DNA of 64,000 nucleotides, from assembly GCA_963833225.1 (NCBI GenBank), contig CAWHXD010000019.1, positions 832,001-896,000 of the forward strand, written 5' to 3'. How positions within the stretch are numbered: the stretch's first letter is position 1; each line of letters starts with the position of its first letter. Positions 30,654 to 40,541 of the stretch are shown here, piece by piece. The stretch is from an uncultured Chloroflexia bacterium. GTDB taxonomy: Bacteria; Chloroflexota; Limnocylindria; Limnocylindrales; CSP1-4. The notes under the pieces are model-generated. The model was not told the DNA's origin, ran no database searches, and worked only from the letters and a program-made list of their open reading frames with translations. Both the position numbers and the translations under genes were made by a program.

Positions 30654-31850
30654 CTACCACGCGGTGGCGGTTGTTCGCTCGGCGATGCCCTCGCTCTCCA
30701 GCCAGCGCTCCGCGTCGATGGCGGCGCGAGCACCGTCGCCGGCGGCCGTCACGGCCTGGCGGTAGCGATGGTCCTGGACGTCACCCGCGATGAACACGCC
30801 GGGGATCCGGCTTGCCGTGTGCTCGTGGGCGACGAGATAGCCCTTCTCGTCGGTCTCCACCCAGTCGCGGAACACGTCCGTGTTGGGCTTGTGGCCGATG
30901 GCGATGAACAGGCCCTCGATGGGCATCTCGCGCAGGTCGCCGGTCCGCGTGTCCTTCAGGCGGAGGCCCTCCACCTTGGCGTCACCCAGGACCTCGTCCA
31001 CGGTCGTGTTGGTGTGGACCTCGATCTTGGGGTTGCCGTAGAGGCGGTCGATCATGATCTTGGAGGCCCGGAAGCCGTCCCGGCGGTGGAGCAGGTGCAC
31101 CTTGGACGCGAACCGCGTGAGGTAGTTGGCCTCCTCCATGGCGGAGTCGCCGCCGCCCACGACCGCGATCTCGCGGTCCCGGAAGAAGAACCCGTCGCAG
31201 GTGGCGCAGGCCGACACTCCGCGCCCCCGCAGGCGCTGCTCGGACTCGATGTTGAGCCACAGCGCCGAGGCGCCCGTCGCGATGATCACCGTCTCGCCGC
31301 GGTACTCGGCGCCCCGGGCCCAGGCCCGGAACGGGCGAGCCGAGAGGTCCACGCGATCGATGTCGACATCCACGAAGTGGGTGCCGAACTTTGCCGCCTG
31401 GGCACGGAACCTGGCCATCAGGTCCGGCCCGTCGATGCCGTCCGGGAAGCCCGGGTAGTTCTCGATCTCGCTGGTCAGCATCAGCTGGCCACCGGGGGCG
31501 GAGCCGGCCAGCACGATCGGCTCGAGGTTGGCCCGCGCCGCGTAGATGGCGGCGGTGAGCCCGGCCGGTCCCGAACCGATGATCAGGACGTGGGATTTCG
31601 TGCGGCCCTCGCCTGCCTCGGGCGCCGACGGTCCGCCGGCAAGCGGGGCGGCGTCAGCGGCACCATCCGCGATGATCGCGATGCCGCCCCCGAACGGGTT
31701 GAGCGGGGTGGCGCCGGTGGGCGTCGCGGCGCTGCCGGCAGGGGTCGCCGGCCCGCCTGCGGGGGTCGCCGGGGCGCCGCCTCCGAAGTTGATCTTGAGC
31801 GACCCGAATGGGTTGGCGCCGTCGCCGTCGCGGCCGGTGTTGTCGGTCAT
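30654..31850 (-). CDS. trxB: Thioredoxin-disulfide reductase with N-terminal low-complexity extension
   Basis: IIGSGPAG, ENYPGF, SACATCDG, VGGGDSA and YRQAVTAAG motifs. Confidence 0.95.
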   Translation of the reverse strand: MTDNTGRDGDGANPFGSLKINFGGGAPATPAGGPATPAGSAATPTGATPLNPFGGGIAIIADGAADAAPLAGGPSAPEAGEGRTKSHVLIIGSGPAGLTAAIYAARANLEPIVLAGSAPGGQLMLTSEIENYPGFPDGIDGPDLMARFRAQAAKFGTHFVDVDIDRVDLSARPFRAWARGAEYRGETVIIATGASALWLNIESEQRLRGRGVSACATCDGFFFRDREIAVVGGGDSAMEEANYLTRFASKVHLLHRRDGFRASKIMIDRLYGNPKIEVHTNTTVDEVLGDAKVEGLRLKDTRTGDLREMPIEGLFIAIGHKPNTDVFRDWVETDEKGYLVAHEHTASRIPGVFIAGDVQDHRYRQAVTAAGDGARAAIDAERWLESEGIAERTTATAW

Positions 31851-31910
31851 CGTGGGATTGTCGTTCCTGTCGTGGCTCTTGTCCTGACGTCACTGTACCA
31901 CGCAGAGCGC

Positions 31911-31927
31911 ATACCCCCCGGGGGTAT
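31911..31927. promoter_or_regulatory. CsoR/RcnR-family type operator upstream of trxB
   Basis: Perfect palindrome ATACCCCC-C-GGGGGTAT just upstream of an extended -10 (TGG-TACAGT, minus strand, about 31892-31900). Confidence 0.65.
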
Positions 31928-31936
31928 CGAGCGGCG

Positions 31937-32833
31937 CTAGGAAAGGGCCTTGAGCGCGGGCACGAGCTCCCCGGCGACCACCTCCATCACGCGTGGATCG
32001 GCCACGTCGCGCACGCCGAAGATCACGTGCTGGGCACCCGCATCGGACAGCTCGCCGAAGCGGTCCACGACCTGAGCCACGCTGTCGCCCGGCGTGTCGC
32101 CGATGGCGAGCCGGACCGACTGGAGGGTCGAGCGCTCGATCTCGTCGGGGTCCCGGCCGATCGCCGCGCAATGCTCGCGGATGACCTCGTACTTGTGGTG
32201 GATCATCTCCGGGCCACCGAACACGTTGCTCGCGTCCGCGTACTGGGCCACGAGCCGGAGGGTCTTCCGCTCACCGCCGCCCCCGATCATGATCGGGGGG
32301 TGCGGTCGGCTGATGGCCTGCGGGGAGTTGAGCAGGCGGCTCGCCCGGTAGTGGCGGCCTTCGAACGCGGCCTCGGTGCCGTGCTCGCCCTCCCACAGCC
32401 CGTGGACGATCTGGAGCGTCTCCTCGAGCATCTCGAAGCGCTCGGCCAGCGGCGGGAACGGGAAGCCCAGCCCGCGTGACTCATCCTCGTTCCAGGCGGC
32501 GCCGATGCCCAGCCAGGCCCGCCCGCCGGACAGCACGTCCAGGGTCGTCGCGGCCTTGGCCCACAGCCCCGGGAGCCGGTAGTGCACCCCGCCGACCATC
32601 AGCCCCAGCCGGGCGCGAGAGGTGTGCGCGGCCATGAAGCCCAGCGCGGTCCAGCCTTCGAGCATCGGCTCCTCGGGGCGGCCGACGCCCCGGATCTGGA
32701 AGAAGTGGTCCATCACCCACAGCGAATCGAAGCCGGCCTCGTCGGCATCGCGGCAGATTCGGGCGAGGGTGGGTCCGATGGCCTCGGTCCCGCCGGGCCA
32801 GGTGAACGAGCTGATCTGCAGGCCGATCTTCAT
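31937..32833 (-). CDS. LLM class F420-dependent oxidoreductase
   Basis: GFDSLWVMDHFFQI, LDVLSGGRAWLGIGAAW and IGGGGERKTL motifs. Confidence 0.92.
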   Translation of the reverse strand: MKIGLQISSFTWPGGTEAIGPTLARICRDADEAGFDSLWVMDHFFQIRGVGRPEEPMLEGWTALGFMAAHTSRARLGLMVGGVHYRLPGLWAKAATTLDVLSGGRAWLGIGAAWNEDESRGLGFPFPPLAERFEMLEETLQIVHGLWEGEHGTEAAFEGRHYRASRLLNSPQAISRPHPPIMIGGGGERKTLRLVAQYADASNVFGGPEMIHHKYEVIREHCAAIGRDPDEIERSTLQSVRLAIGDTPGDSVAQVVDRFGELSDAGAQHVIFGVRDVADPRVMEVVAGELVPALKALS

Positions 32834-32861
32834 CCGCGCAGGGTAGCGCGCCACGCCGCGA

Positions 32862-33635
32862 TCAGCGGAACAGGTCCATGTCGGCTGGGATGACCAGGTC
32901 GAGGACGGATCCCTCGCCCTGTGGCGGCCGGGCGCCGCGGACCAGCGCCACGGGGCGTCCCGCGATCTTGCCCAGCGCCAGCTCGGCGGCAGACGCGATC
33001 TCGTCGGCGACACCGCGAACGGTGGACTCCATCACCCGTCCATCGGCGTCGGCCGTGCCGCGCAGGTCCTCGAGCGGCAGCAGTCCGGCCACGCCGATCG
33101 CGACGTCGGTGATGCCCCAGCGCCACGGCCGGCCGAAGCTGTCGCTCACGATCACCGCGAGGTCGGTTCCGAACCGGGCCCGGATCGCCTCGCGGATGCG
33201 GGCCGCGGAGGCGTCCGGGTCCCGCGGGAGGATCGTCACCAGGTCGCCCGACTCGGGGCCGACGTTGCTCGCGTCCACGCCCGCGTTGGCGCACACGAAG
33301 CCGTGGTGGGTCTCGACGATCAGCACGCCGTGGGCCTGGCGCACGACGCGAACCGCCTGGTCCATCACCACCTGGATCTGGCGTGGGTCACGGTCCCACG
33401 CCTCCGCCCAGGCGATGGCGTCGGGAGAGGGCGTGACGGTCCGCAGGTCCACCGTGGCGCCCTCGGCCTTGGACACGATCTTCTGGGTGACAACCAGGAC
33501 ATCATCCGGCTCGAGCGGCAGGATCCCGCCGGCGGTCTCGAGGGCGTCGCCGATCAGCGCCCCGAGGTCGGCGCCGGCCGTCACCTCCGGCATCCCCGCG
33601 AGCGCGATGACGTCGACGCGGCCCTCAGTCGACAT
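32862..33635 (-). CDS. cofE: Coenzyme F420-0:L-glutamate ligase
   Basis: VVTQKIVSKAEG, ANAGVDASN and SDSFGRPWRWG motifs. Confidence 0.93.
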   Translation of the reverse strand: MSTEGRVDVIALAGMPEVTAGADLGALIGDALETAGGILPLEPDDVLVVTQKIVSKAEGATVDLRTVTPSPDAIAWAEAWDRDPRQIQVVMDQAVRVVRQAHGVLIVETHHGFVCANAGVDASNVGPESGDLVTILPRDPDASAARIREAIRARFGTDLAVIVSDSFGRPWRWGITDVAIGVAGLLPLEDLRGTADADGRVMESTVRGVADEIASAAELALGKIAGRPVALVRGARPPQGEGSVLDLVIPADMDLFR

Positions 33636-34255
33636 GGATGGCCTCCGCGATGGCTGCCTCGGCGAGCAACAGGTCCTCGGGCGTGTCGAGGTCGAGCTCC
33701 AGCACTTCGGTCAGCTCCACGAGGCGCGCGTCCGCCGACTCGGCCAGCCACGCGTGCCCGGCCCGGCTGTCACCCCCGAACGCGGGGTCGATGGCATCGG
33801 GTGGGTCGAGCAGCAGGGCGTTGGTCCCGCGTCGGTGCCGGTCCGGCGCCAGGACCACAGACGGTGATCCGGCAGCGTCGCCCGCGGCGAGGACCGTGGC
33901 CACGTCGGCGGACGTGATCGTGGGCAGGTCGGCGGGCAGGAGCAGGAGGCGGTCCCCGGTGGCCACCTCGCGTGCCTCCTGGAACGCGGGGTTGAGCCCA
34001 CGCGATCGCTGGAGGAGGGGACTGGCCCCGCCGGCCTCGGCGACGGCGAGCGCCTCCGGGTCGGGTGACACGACGATGACCTCGATCACGCCGGGCGTGG
34101 CGAGGGCGGCTTCAACCGTCCGCCGGAGCATCCCCATGCACGAGATCACGGCGTTCCTCGGCGTCGAGCACCGCGCCCAGGCGCGACTTCGCGCCCTCCA
34201 GCGCCCGAACGGGGATGGCGACGCTGGTCGAGCGCGTCGATGCCGGCGTGGTCAC
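33625..34255 (-). CDS. cofC: Phospholactate / PEP guanylyltransferase (frameshift near 34140; start may be 34281)
   Basis: IPVRALEGAKSRLG (manual translation), GLNPA, PADLP, GTNALL and LDLDTPEDL motifs. Confidence 0.88.
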
Positions 34256-34381
34256 GGGTGGGGGAGCGGGGGCAGGTGCACGCGGCTGATCCTAGCGCGC
34301 CGGGCGAGCACGGCCGGGGCGACGTCGCGTGGGATGGCAGCGCCGCCCCCACGCCGCCGCCCGCCCGCGGCGACCTGATCG

Positions 34382-34972
34382 TCAACGCCGGACCGCGACC
34401 AGCTCCCCGCGCCCGATCGGCACGACCAGGCCCTCCAGCCGCGGATCGCCGAGCGCGGCCTCGCGGAACGGGGCGAGGTCGCTGGCGTGCGACGTCAGGT
34501 TGTCGGCGACCAGCAGGCCGCCCGGCCGCAGGGCCTCGATCGCGGGCTCCAGCGCCCGCAGGTAGTCGCCCTTCTCGGCGTCGAGGAACACCATGTCCGC
34601 CGTGCCGGCGTGCTCGTGCAGGCCGGTGACGCCGTCCTCCAGGCGTGCCTCGACCAGCGTCTCCACGCCGGCGTCGTGGAACGTCGCCTGCGCCAGCTCC
34701 ACCTTCGCCGGGTCGATGTCAAAGGTCGTCACGTGCCCGCTGGTCCGCGCGGCCCCGAGCGCGAGCCACAGCGAGGAGTACCCGGAGCTGGTGCCCACCT
34801 CGACGATCGTCCGGGCGCCCGTCGCCTCGACCAGCAGCCGCAGGAAGGCTCCGACCTCGGGGGAGATCGCCCGCAGGCGTTGCGCCTGCGGCGTGCCGTC
34901 CACGCGGTCGGCGGCGTCTCGTGCCTCGAGCGAGCGCATCACCTTCTCGATGCGCATGGGAATGTCGGCCAT
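34382..34972 (-). CDS. SAM-dependent O-methyltransferase (Methyltransf_3)
   Basis: VEVGTSSGYS, VFLDAEKGDY and LRPGGLLVADN motifs. Confidence 0.88.
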   Translation of the reverse strand: MADIPMRIEKVMRSLEARDAADRVDGTPQAQRLRAISPEVGAFLRLLVEATGARTIVEVGTSSGYSSLWLALGAARTSGHVTTFDIDPAKVELAQATFHDAGVETLVEARLEDGVTGLHEHAGTADMVFLDAEKGDYLRALEPAIEALRPGGLLVADNLTSHASDLAPFREAALGDPRLEGLVVPIGRGELVAVRR

Positions 34973-35091
34973 GGGGCGTCTCCGGCCATGCGGTGCGGTC
35001 CCGGACAGCCTATCGCCCCGGGGCCATCCCGGGCGGCCACCATCCCTTCGCCATCCGCTCGCCGGCCGATCGCCGGCCGATCGCCGGCCGG

Positions 35092-36114
35092 TCACCGGCC
35101 CGCCGGCACCTGCTGCGTGATGCAGTGAGGTCCGCCCCCACCGAAGTTGAGGGCGGCGCCGGGGACGCCCACGACCTCGCGACCGGGGAGGATCTCGCGC
35201 AGCCGGGCGAGCATCGGCTCGTCGTTGGCGTCGCCCGCGAGCGGCACGATCGCGGCGCCGTTGGCGAGGTACAGGTTGGCGTAGGCGAGGGCCGCGGTTG
35301 GCCCCGGGTCCAGGGGGGTGATCGAGAACGACCGGCCGACGGCATCGCGCGCGGCGCTGAGTGCCGCCGCATTCGCGTGACCGGTGACGTGCTCGGTGGC
35401 CGAGGGATCGGCGGGGACCTCGAGGAGGACGTGCGCCGGGCCCAGGTACGAGGCGATCCCATCCAGGTGTCCATCGGTCGCCTCGGGACCCACGTCCAGC
35501 GAATGCCCGAACGGGAGCCACACGACGGTGTCGACACCCAGGTAGGCCCGCAGCCCATCCTCGATCTGCGCACGGTCCAGATCCGGGTTCCGGTTGGGGT
35601 GGAGGAGGCACTGTTCCGTGGTCAGGACCGTGCCCTCGCCATCGACCAGGAAGGCGCCGCCCTCCAGGACGAACGGCGCACGGTAGAAGGGCAGGTCCAG
35701 GTGTCGCGCGATCAGCTCCGGCACGCGGGCATCGGCGTCGTGCGGGTGCCAGCGGTTGCCCCAGGCGTTGAACCGGAAGCCCACGACGGCCAGCCGGCCG
35801 GCGGCGTCCCGGACGAACACCGGCCCGTTGTCGCGCATCCAGGAGTCGTCGATGGGCAGCTCCAGGACGTCCACGGCAGCCCCGCACCGGTCGCGCACGT
35901 CGGTGGCGTCGCCCGGGTCGGCAACCATCGTCACCGGTTCGAACGCCGCGATGGCCCGGGCGACAGCGGCGTAGTCGGCCTTCGCCTCGTCCAGCCGCTC
36001 GCCCCACAGCTCGCGCCGGCACGGCCACTCCATCAGGCACCGGTCGTGGGGCTCCCACTCGGCGGGCATCCGGAACCCGTCCGCCGCCGGTGTGGACGCC
36101 CGTTCCTCGAACAC
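35092..36114 (-). CDS. Agmatine deiminase family protein
   Basis: MPAEWEPH, DSWMRDNGP, LEGG, DGHLDG and GGGGPHCITQQ motifs. Confidence 0.92.
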   Translation of the reverse strand: MFEERASTPAADGFRMPAEWEPHDRCLMEWPCRRELWGERLDEAKADYAAVARAIAAFEPVTMVADPGDATDVRDRCGAAVDVLELPIDDSWMRDNGPVFVRDAAGRLAVVGFRFNAWGNRWHPHDADARVPELIARHLDLPFYRAPFVLEGGAFLVDGEGTVLTTEQCLLHPNRNPDLDRAQIEDGLRAYLGVDTVVWLPFGHSLDVGPEATDGHLDGIASYLGPAHVLLEVPADPSATEHVTGHANAAALSAARDAVGRSFSITPLDPGPTAALAYANLYLANGAAIVPLAGDANDEPMLARLREILPGREVVGVPGAALNFGGGGPHCITQQVPAGR

Positions 36115-36148
36115 GTCGTGCCCTCCCGTTGGTCCGTCGGAGGCGAGG

Positions 36149-37094
36149 CTAGAGCGCGGCCAGCACCTCGCCGGCGAGCCGTGCGCGCGAAGCCTCGTCG
36201 CTCATGATCGTGTCGGTCACCAGCGTACGCATGCCGAGCGCCCCGATCGCGGGCGCCAGCGCGGCATCGACCGCGTCCAGCACGAAGATGTCGACCAGGT
36301 CCGCGTAGAGGCGGGCGACGCCGAGGGCGCTGGACTCGTGGCCAAGCCCCGCGAGCATCCGGTCCGCGGGCCCCTTGAGCGCCCGCCCGCCGATGATGGG
36401 GCTCACCGCCGCGACCCGAGCGCCACGCGCCCGCGGCGATCGCCAGGAGCTCGCGCAGGCCGGGGACGGCCAGGATGGGCCCCACGGAGACCAGCGGGTT
36501 CGAGGGTGCGATCACGATCGCGCTGGCGGCATCGATGGCCGTGCGCACCTCGGGGGTCGGCGCGGTCTTCTCGATCCCGGTGAACCGCACCTCGAGCACG
36601 TCGGGCGCCTGGCGGCGATGGACGAAGTACTCCTGGAACTCGAGCCACCCATCGGCCGTGCGCACCTCGGTGGCCACCGGCCCGTCCGTCATCGGCAGGA
36701 TCCGTGCCGCGATCCCGAGCGAGGCCTGGGCCTCCCGGCACGCTTCCGTCACGCGCGCCCCGGCCCGCACCCGCGCCGTCCGAACGATGTGCAGCGCGAT
36801 GTCCCGGTCGCCGAGGCTGAACCAGGTCTCCTCCCCGTAGGCGCCCAGCTGGTCCATCACCGCGTGGGTGTCGCCCTCGATCCCCCAGCCCCACTCGACC
36901 TGTTCCATCCCGGCGAGGGTGTACAGGACCGTGTCGTGATCGGGCATCACCAGCAGCCCGTGACGCCAGCAGTCGTCGCCCGTGTTGACCACGACGGCCA
37001 GCCGGTCCCCGAGGTGCACGGCGAGGCCCTCGGCCAGCTTCGCGCCACCGACGCCCCCCGCGAGGACAACCACGCCGTCGGCCACGCTGCTCAC
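36149..37094 (-). CDS. cofD: Phospholactate / enolpyruvyl transferase (frameshift near 36430)
   Basis: LAGGVGGAKL, NTGDD, WFSLGDRD, FQEYFV and APSNPLVS motifs; SPIIGGRALKGPA in ORF 36149..36406. Confidence 0.92.
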
Positions 37095-37098
37095 CGGC

Positions 37099-38025
37099 TC
37101 ACCCGTTGAGCAGCTCGACGACCTCGCCCAGCCGGTCGAGCGTCTCGGCGTCGTACGGAGCGGGCATGTCCACGAAGATGTGGCGGAACCCCAGGTCCAC
37201 GATGGGGGCCAGGCCGGCGGCGATCTCCGCGGGGGTGCCGCAGAAGAAGTTCCAGCCCTCGTCAAACGTCTCTCCCGTGGCTGCGAGCCGGCCCCGGTAC
37301 ACGCTCATCGCGGCCTCGCTGGTGCCGCGGATCACCATGTCCACCGTCGTCGTGCGCTCGATCTCCGCCTCGTCCCGGCCCACGGCGGCGCAATGCTCGC
37401 GCAGGATGCCGTCGTGCTTGCGCAGCTCCTCGAGCGTGCCCATCGCGTTCCACTGGTCGCCATAGCGAGCGAGGGTCCGCAGCGTCTTCCTGGGGCCGGA
37501 GCCGCCGATCATGATCGGGAGGTGGGCCTGGACCGGGCGGGGTGCGACCAGCGCGTCCTTCATCGGGTACACCGGCCCCTCGTGGGTCACGAGCTCGCCG
37601 TCGAGCAGCCGCCGGAGCAGCATCACCGACTCGTCCAGCCGGTCCAGCCGCTCGCCGAACCCGGACCCGAAATCGAACCCGAAGGCCTCGTGCTCGCGTT
37701 GGAACCAGGCGCCGCCGATCCCCAGGACGGCGCGGCCGCCCGAGAGGTGGTCGAGGCTGGTGGCGAGCTTGGCCGTGAGCCCCGGATTGCGGAAGGTGTT
37801 GGCGGCGACCATCAGTCCCAGCGTCGCCTTCGTGGTCACCTGTGCCCAGCCCGACAGGATCGACCAGCCCTCGAGGATGGGTCCCTGCCACGGTCCCGAG
37901 ATCGAGTTGAGGTGGTCCCAGGTCCAGAGGCTGGCCGCGCCGCCCGCCTCTGCCCGCACCGCCGCATCCCGGATCGCCGGCCAGGAGTCCGTCTGGGGCC
38001 ACAGCAGGACGCCGATCTTCACCAT
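37099..38025 (-). CDS. LLM class F420-dependent oxidoreductase
   Basis: LWTWDHL, TFRNPG, LDHLSGGRAVLGIG and IGGSG motifs. Confidence 0.9.
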   Translation of the reverse strand: MVKIGVLLWPQTDSWPAIRDAAVRAEAGGAASLWTWDHLNSISGPWQGPILEGWSILSGWAQVTTKATLGLMVAANTFRNPGLTAKLATSLDHLSGGRAVLGIGGAWFQREHEAFGFDFGSGFGERLDRLDESVMLLRRLLDGELVTHEGPVYPMKDALVAPRPVQAHLPIMIGGSGPRKTLRTLARYGDQWNAMGTLEELRKHDGILREHCAAVGRDEAEIERTTTVDMVIRGTSEAAMSVYRGRLAATGETFDEGWNFFCGTPAEIAAGLAPIVDLGFRHIFVDMPAPYDAETLDRLGEVVELLNG

Positions 38026-38035
38026 CGCCCATGGT

Positions 38036-38465
38036 TCAGCCCTCCAGGCGGTCGTGGATGCCGGTGATCCGGACGAGGAAGGTGACCCGCGGCTGGGTGC
38101 GGAACGTGGCGACGGATTCCTCGCGTCGGGCCCTCGGGGTGGTAGCGGTGGGCGAGCGCCACGATGTCCTCGCGGGCGCGATCGACGTCCTCGATCACCT
38201 CGTCCACCACGCCGGTCATGCCCAGCCAGATCTCACCGTCCGCGGGGTCCAGCACGGACACGGCGACCCGCGGGTCGCGCATCAGGTTGAGGCACCAGCG
38301 ACGGGGAGTGCGGCTGTTGAGCAGGATGCGGCCGTCCGGCTCGACGCGGTACCAGGCCACCGCCTGGCGGGGCGCGCCGTCGGGATCCAGGGTGGCAATC
38401 GACGCCACGTACCGTTGATCGAGGAAGGCGCGGGCGGCGGGGGAGAAGGCGGTCACGGTGGGCAT
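38036..38465 (-). CDS. PPOX class F420-dependent oxidoreductase (frameshift near 38125)
   Basis: IATLDPDGAP and NLMRDPRVAVSV motifs; C-terminal QPRVTFLVRITGIHDRLEG* lies in another frame. Confidence 0.82.
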
Positions 38466-38492
38466 GTCGTGATGGTAGCGGCCGGCCGCTGG

Positions 38493-38846
38493 CTAGGGCC
38501 TGATCGTCGACTTGGGGCAGCCATCCCAGCTCTGGGCGCAGTCGTCGGGCGGCAGGCCGCTGCCGCTCGCTCCGCCGGCGGACCAGGCTCCCACGGCCGC
38601 GGCGGTCCCGAGGCCGAGGCCCACGATCAGCAGCAACGCACCCAGCATGCCGAGGGTGCGCGAGCGCCGCGCCGGCAGCAGCGCGCGGCCCGGTGCCTGG
38701 GTGCCGGGGTCCGGGGCGGCCTCGATCCCCTCGAGCTCCCGGTGGACCAGACCTCGCTGCACGGCGTAGATCACGAGCAGCGCGATGCCGGCAACGAGCG
38801 TGATCAGCGAGGCGATGCCGATGGGACTCCAGCCGGCGAACAGCAT
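38493..38846 (-). CDS. Small two-TM membrane protein
   Basis: Two hydrophobic segments and C-terminal CAQSWDGC; GGGAG RBS. Confidence 0.6.
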   Translation of the reverse strand: MLFAGWSPIGIASLITLVAGIALLVIYAVQRGLVHRELEGIEAAPDPGTQAPGRALLPARRSRTLGMLGALLLIVGLGLGTAAAVGAWSAGGASGSGLPPDDCAQSWDGCPKSTIRP

Positions 38847-38958
38847 GCTTGGCTCCCGGACGATTGTGGCGATGGAGGGGCGCGGGGTGAGCCTATCGCG
38901 CCGCGCGCGCACTCGTCGACAGGCTGGCGTCCACGGGGCGGCGTTGGCCTGCGGCGCC

Positions 38959-39618
38959 CTACCGCAGTCGCTCGCCCGCCTCCACGCGGGCCCCGATCCG
39001 GTTGGACGGCGGGGCCAGCGGGCATGCCCATCGCGGGTCGAACGCGCACGAGGGGTGGAACGCGAAGTTGAGGTCCACGACGAGGGTTCCAGCGTCTGGG
39101 TCACCGCCGAGGTCGGCACCCTTCGCGGTGTCGAGGACATACCGGCCGGCGCCGTAGGTCTCGGACCCGCAGGTGGCGTCGAGGAAGGGCAGGAACAGCC
39201 CGCCGGCGTAGCCGCGCATCCAGAACACGTCGAGCGGCGACGGACCGCCGGCAAGCGGCAGGATCACGCTCCCGATGCGGTCGAACGCGAGGTCGTCCGA
39301 GCCGCTGCTGGGCAGCGTGATCGGGGCACCGCGGCCGCCGCTCGCCCCGGATGTGGATGTCGGGCTCACCGGCAGCGTGAACCGGTATCGCTCGTCGTAC
39401 GGCCAGTGGCGGGCGCGGAAGGCATCGCGCTGCGTGACCGGCACCGGTGACTGCGGATGGGTCCGGAACAGCACGTCGCGCTCGGTGCGCCAGCGCTCCC
39501 AGGCCGCGGCCGGGTCGGACGCCGCCGTCGCGCGGACCTCCGCGTACAGGTCGGCGATCCGCCGGCGCCAGTCTGCCAGCCAGCCGCGGTCAGCAGCCGC
39601 GGGAGTGGGCTCGTCCAT
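38959..39618 (-). CDS. DUF1684 family protein
   Basis: HPQSP, FLPFLDAT, TYGAGRY, DLNFAFHPSCAF, CPLAPPSN and AGE motifs. Confidence 0.88.
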   Translation of the reverse strand: MDEPTPAAADRGWLADWRRRIADLYAEVRATAASDPAAAWERWRTERDVLFRTHPQSPVPVTQRDAFRARHWPYDERYRFTLPVSPTSTSGASGGRGAPITLPSSGSDDLAFDRIGSVILPLAGGPSPLDVFWMRGYAGGLFLPFLDATCGSETYGAGRYVLDTAKGADLGGDPDAGTLVVDLNFAFHPSCAFDPRWACPLAPPSNRIGARVEAGERLR

Positions 39619-39684
39619 CGCCGCATCCTAGGCCCACGGGGCAACCGTGCGAGAATGCCCCGGCATTCGACGAAGGAGGCGTGC

Positions 39685-40533
39685 GTGGCAGACCAGGCGG
39701 AGATCGGGATCTTCGGCGGCTCGGGGTTCTACTCCCTGCTCGAGGATGTGCGGGAGGCGAAGATCGACACCCCGTACGGCGCGCCCTCGGACTCGTTCTT
39801 CCTGGCCACCGTGTCCGGTCGCCGGGTCGCGTTCCTGCCGCGCCACGGCCGGACCCACTCGATCCCGCCCCACAAGGTCAACTACCGGGCCAACGTGTGG
39901 GCGATGCGCTCGCTGGGCGTGAAGGCGGTCATCAGCCCGTGCGCCGCGGGCTCGCTCCAACTCCACGTGGAACCCGGCCACTTCGTCGTCTCGGACCAGT
40001 TCGTGGACCGGACCAGCGGCCGCCCCGACACCTTCTTCGACGGGCCCATCGTGTCCCATGTCTCCTCGGCCGAGATCTACGACCCGACCCTGCGCGCCAT
40101 CGCGCTCGACGTCATCCGGGAGCACGGCATCACGGTCCACGATGGCGGCACGGTCGTCGTCATCCAGGGACCCCGCTTCTCGACCAAGGCCGAGAGCAAG
40201 TGGTTCAGCGACGCCGGCTGGGAGGTCATCAACATGACCCAGTACCCGGAGGCCTACCTGTGCCGGGAGCTGGGCATGGCGGTCGTGAACATCGCGCTGA
40301 TCACCGACTACGACGCGGGCGTGCTCGAGGGCACGGAGGCCGTGACGGCGCACAGCGTCCTCGAGGTGTTCGAGCAGAACGCCGAGCGGATCCGCAAGGT
40401 CGTCCTGGACATGGTGGCCCGCTTCCCGGCCGATCTCGATGCCCTGGGCGCGAAGGAGGCCCTGCGCTTTACCCGCGGGGATGGGCACGCCGCCGGGCCG
40501 GCCGATATCCGCCTGTTCGAGACGGGACTGTAG
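39685..40533 (+). CDS. mtnP: S-methyl-5'-thioadenosine phosphorylase
   Basis: GIFGGSG, FLPRHG, GPRFSTKAES, NMTQYPEA and TDYD motifs; AAGGAGG RBS. Confidence 0.9.
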   Translation: MADQAEIGIFGGSGFYSLLEDVREAKIDTPYGAPSDSFFLATVSGRRVAFLPRHGRTHSIPPHKVNYRANVWAMRSLGVKAVISPCAAGSLQLHVEPGHFVVSDQFVDRTSGRPDTFFDGPIVSHVSSAEIYDPTLRAIALDVIREHGITVHDGGTVVVIQGPRFSTKAESKWFSDAGWEVINMTQYPEAYLCRELGMAVVNIALITDYDAGVLEGTEAVTAHSVLEVFEQNAERIRKVVLDMVARFPADLDALGAKEALRFTRGDGHAAGPADIRLFETGL

Positions 40534-40541
40534 GCGCCCGG

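Noticed and set aside
4696-30793. Long antisense or alternative-frame ORFs (e.g. 4696..7554, 16269..18827, 27812..30793)
   Set aside because: These are shadow ORFs of real genes in high-GC DNA, with no recognisable motifs.
35059-35100. 11-bp TCGCCGGCCGA repeats (similar short repeats at 20915-20970)
   Set aside because: Short GC-rich slippage-type repeats at gene ends, with no further support.
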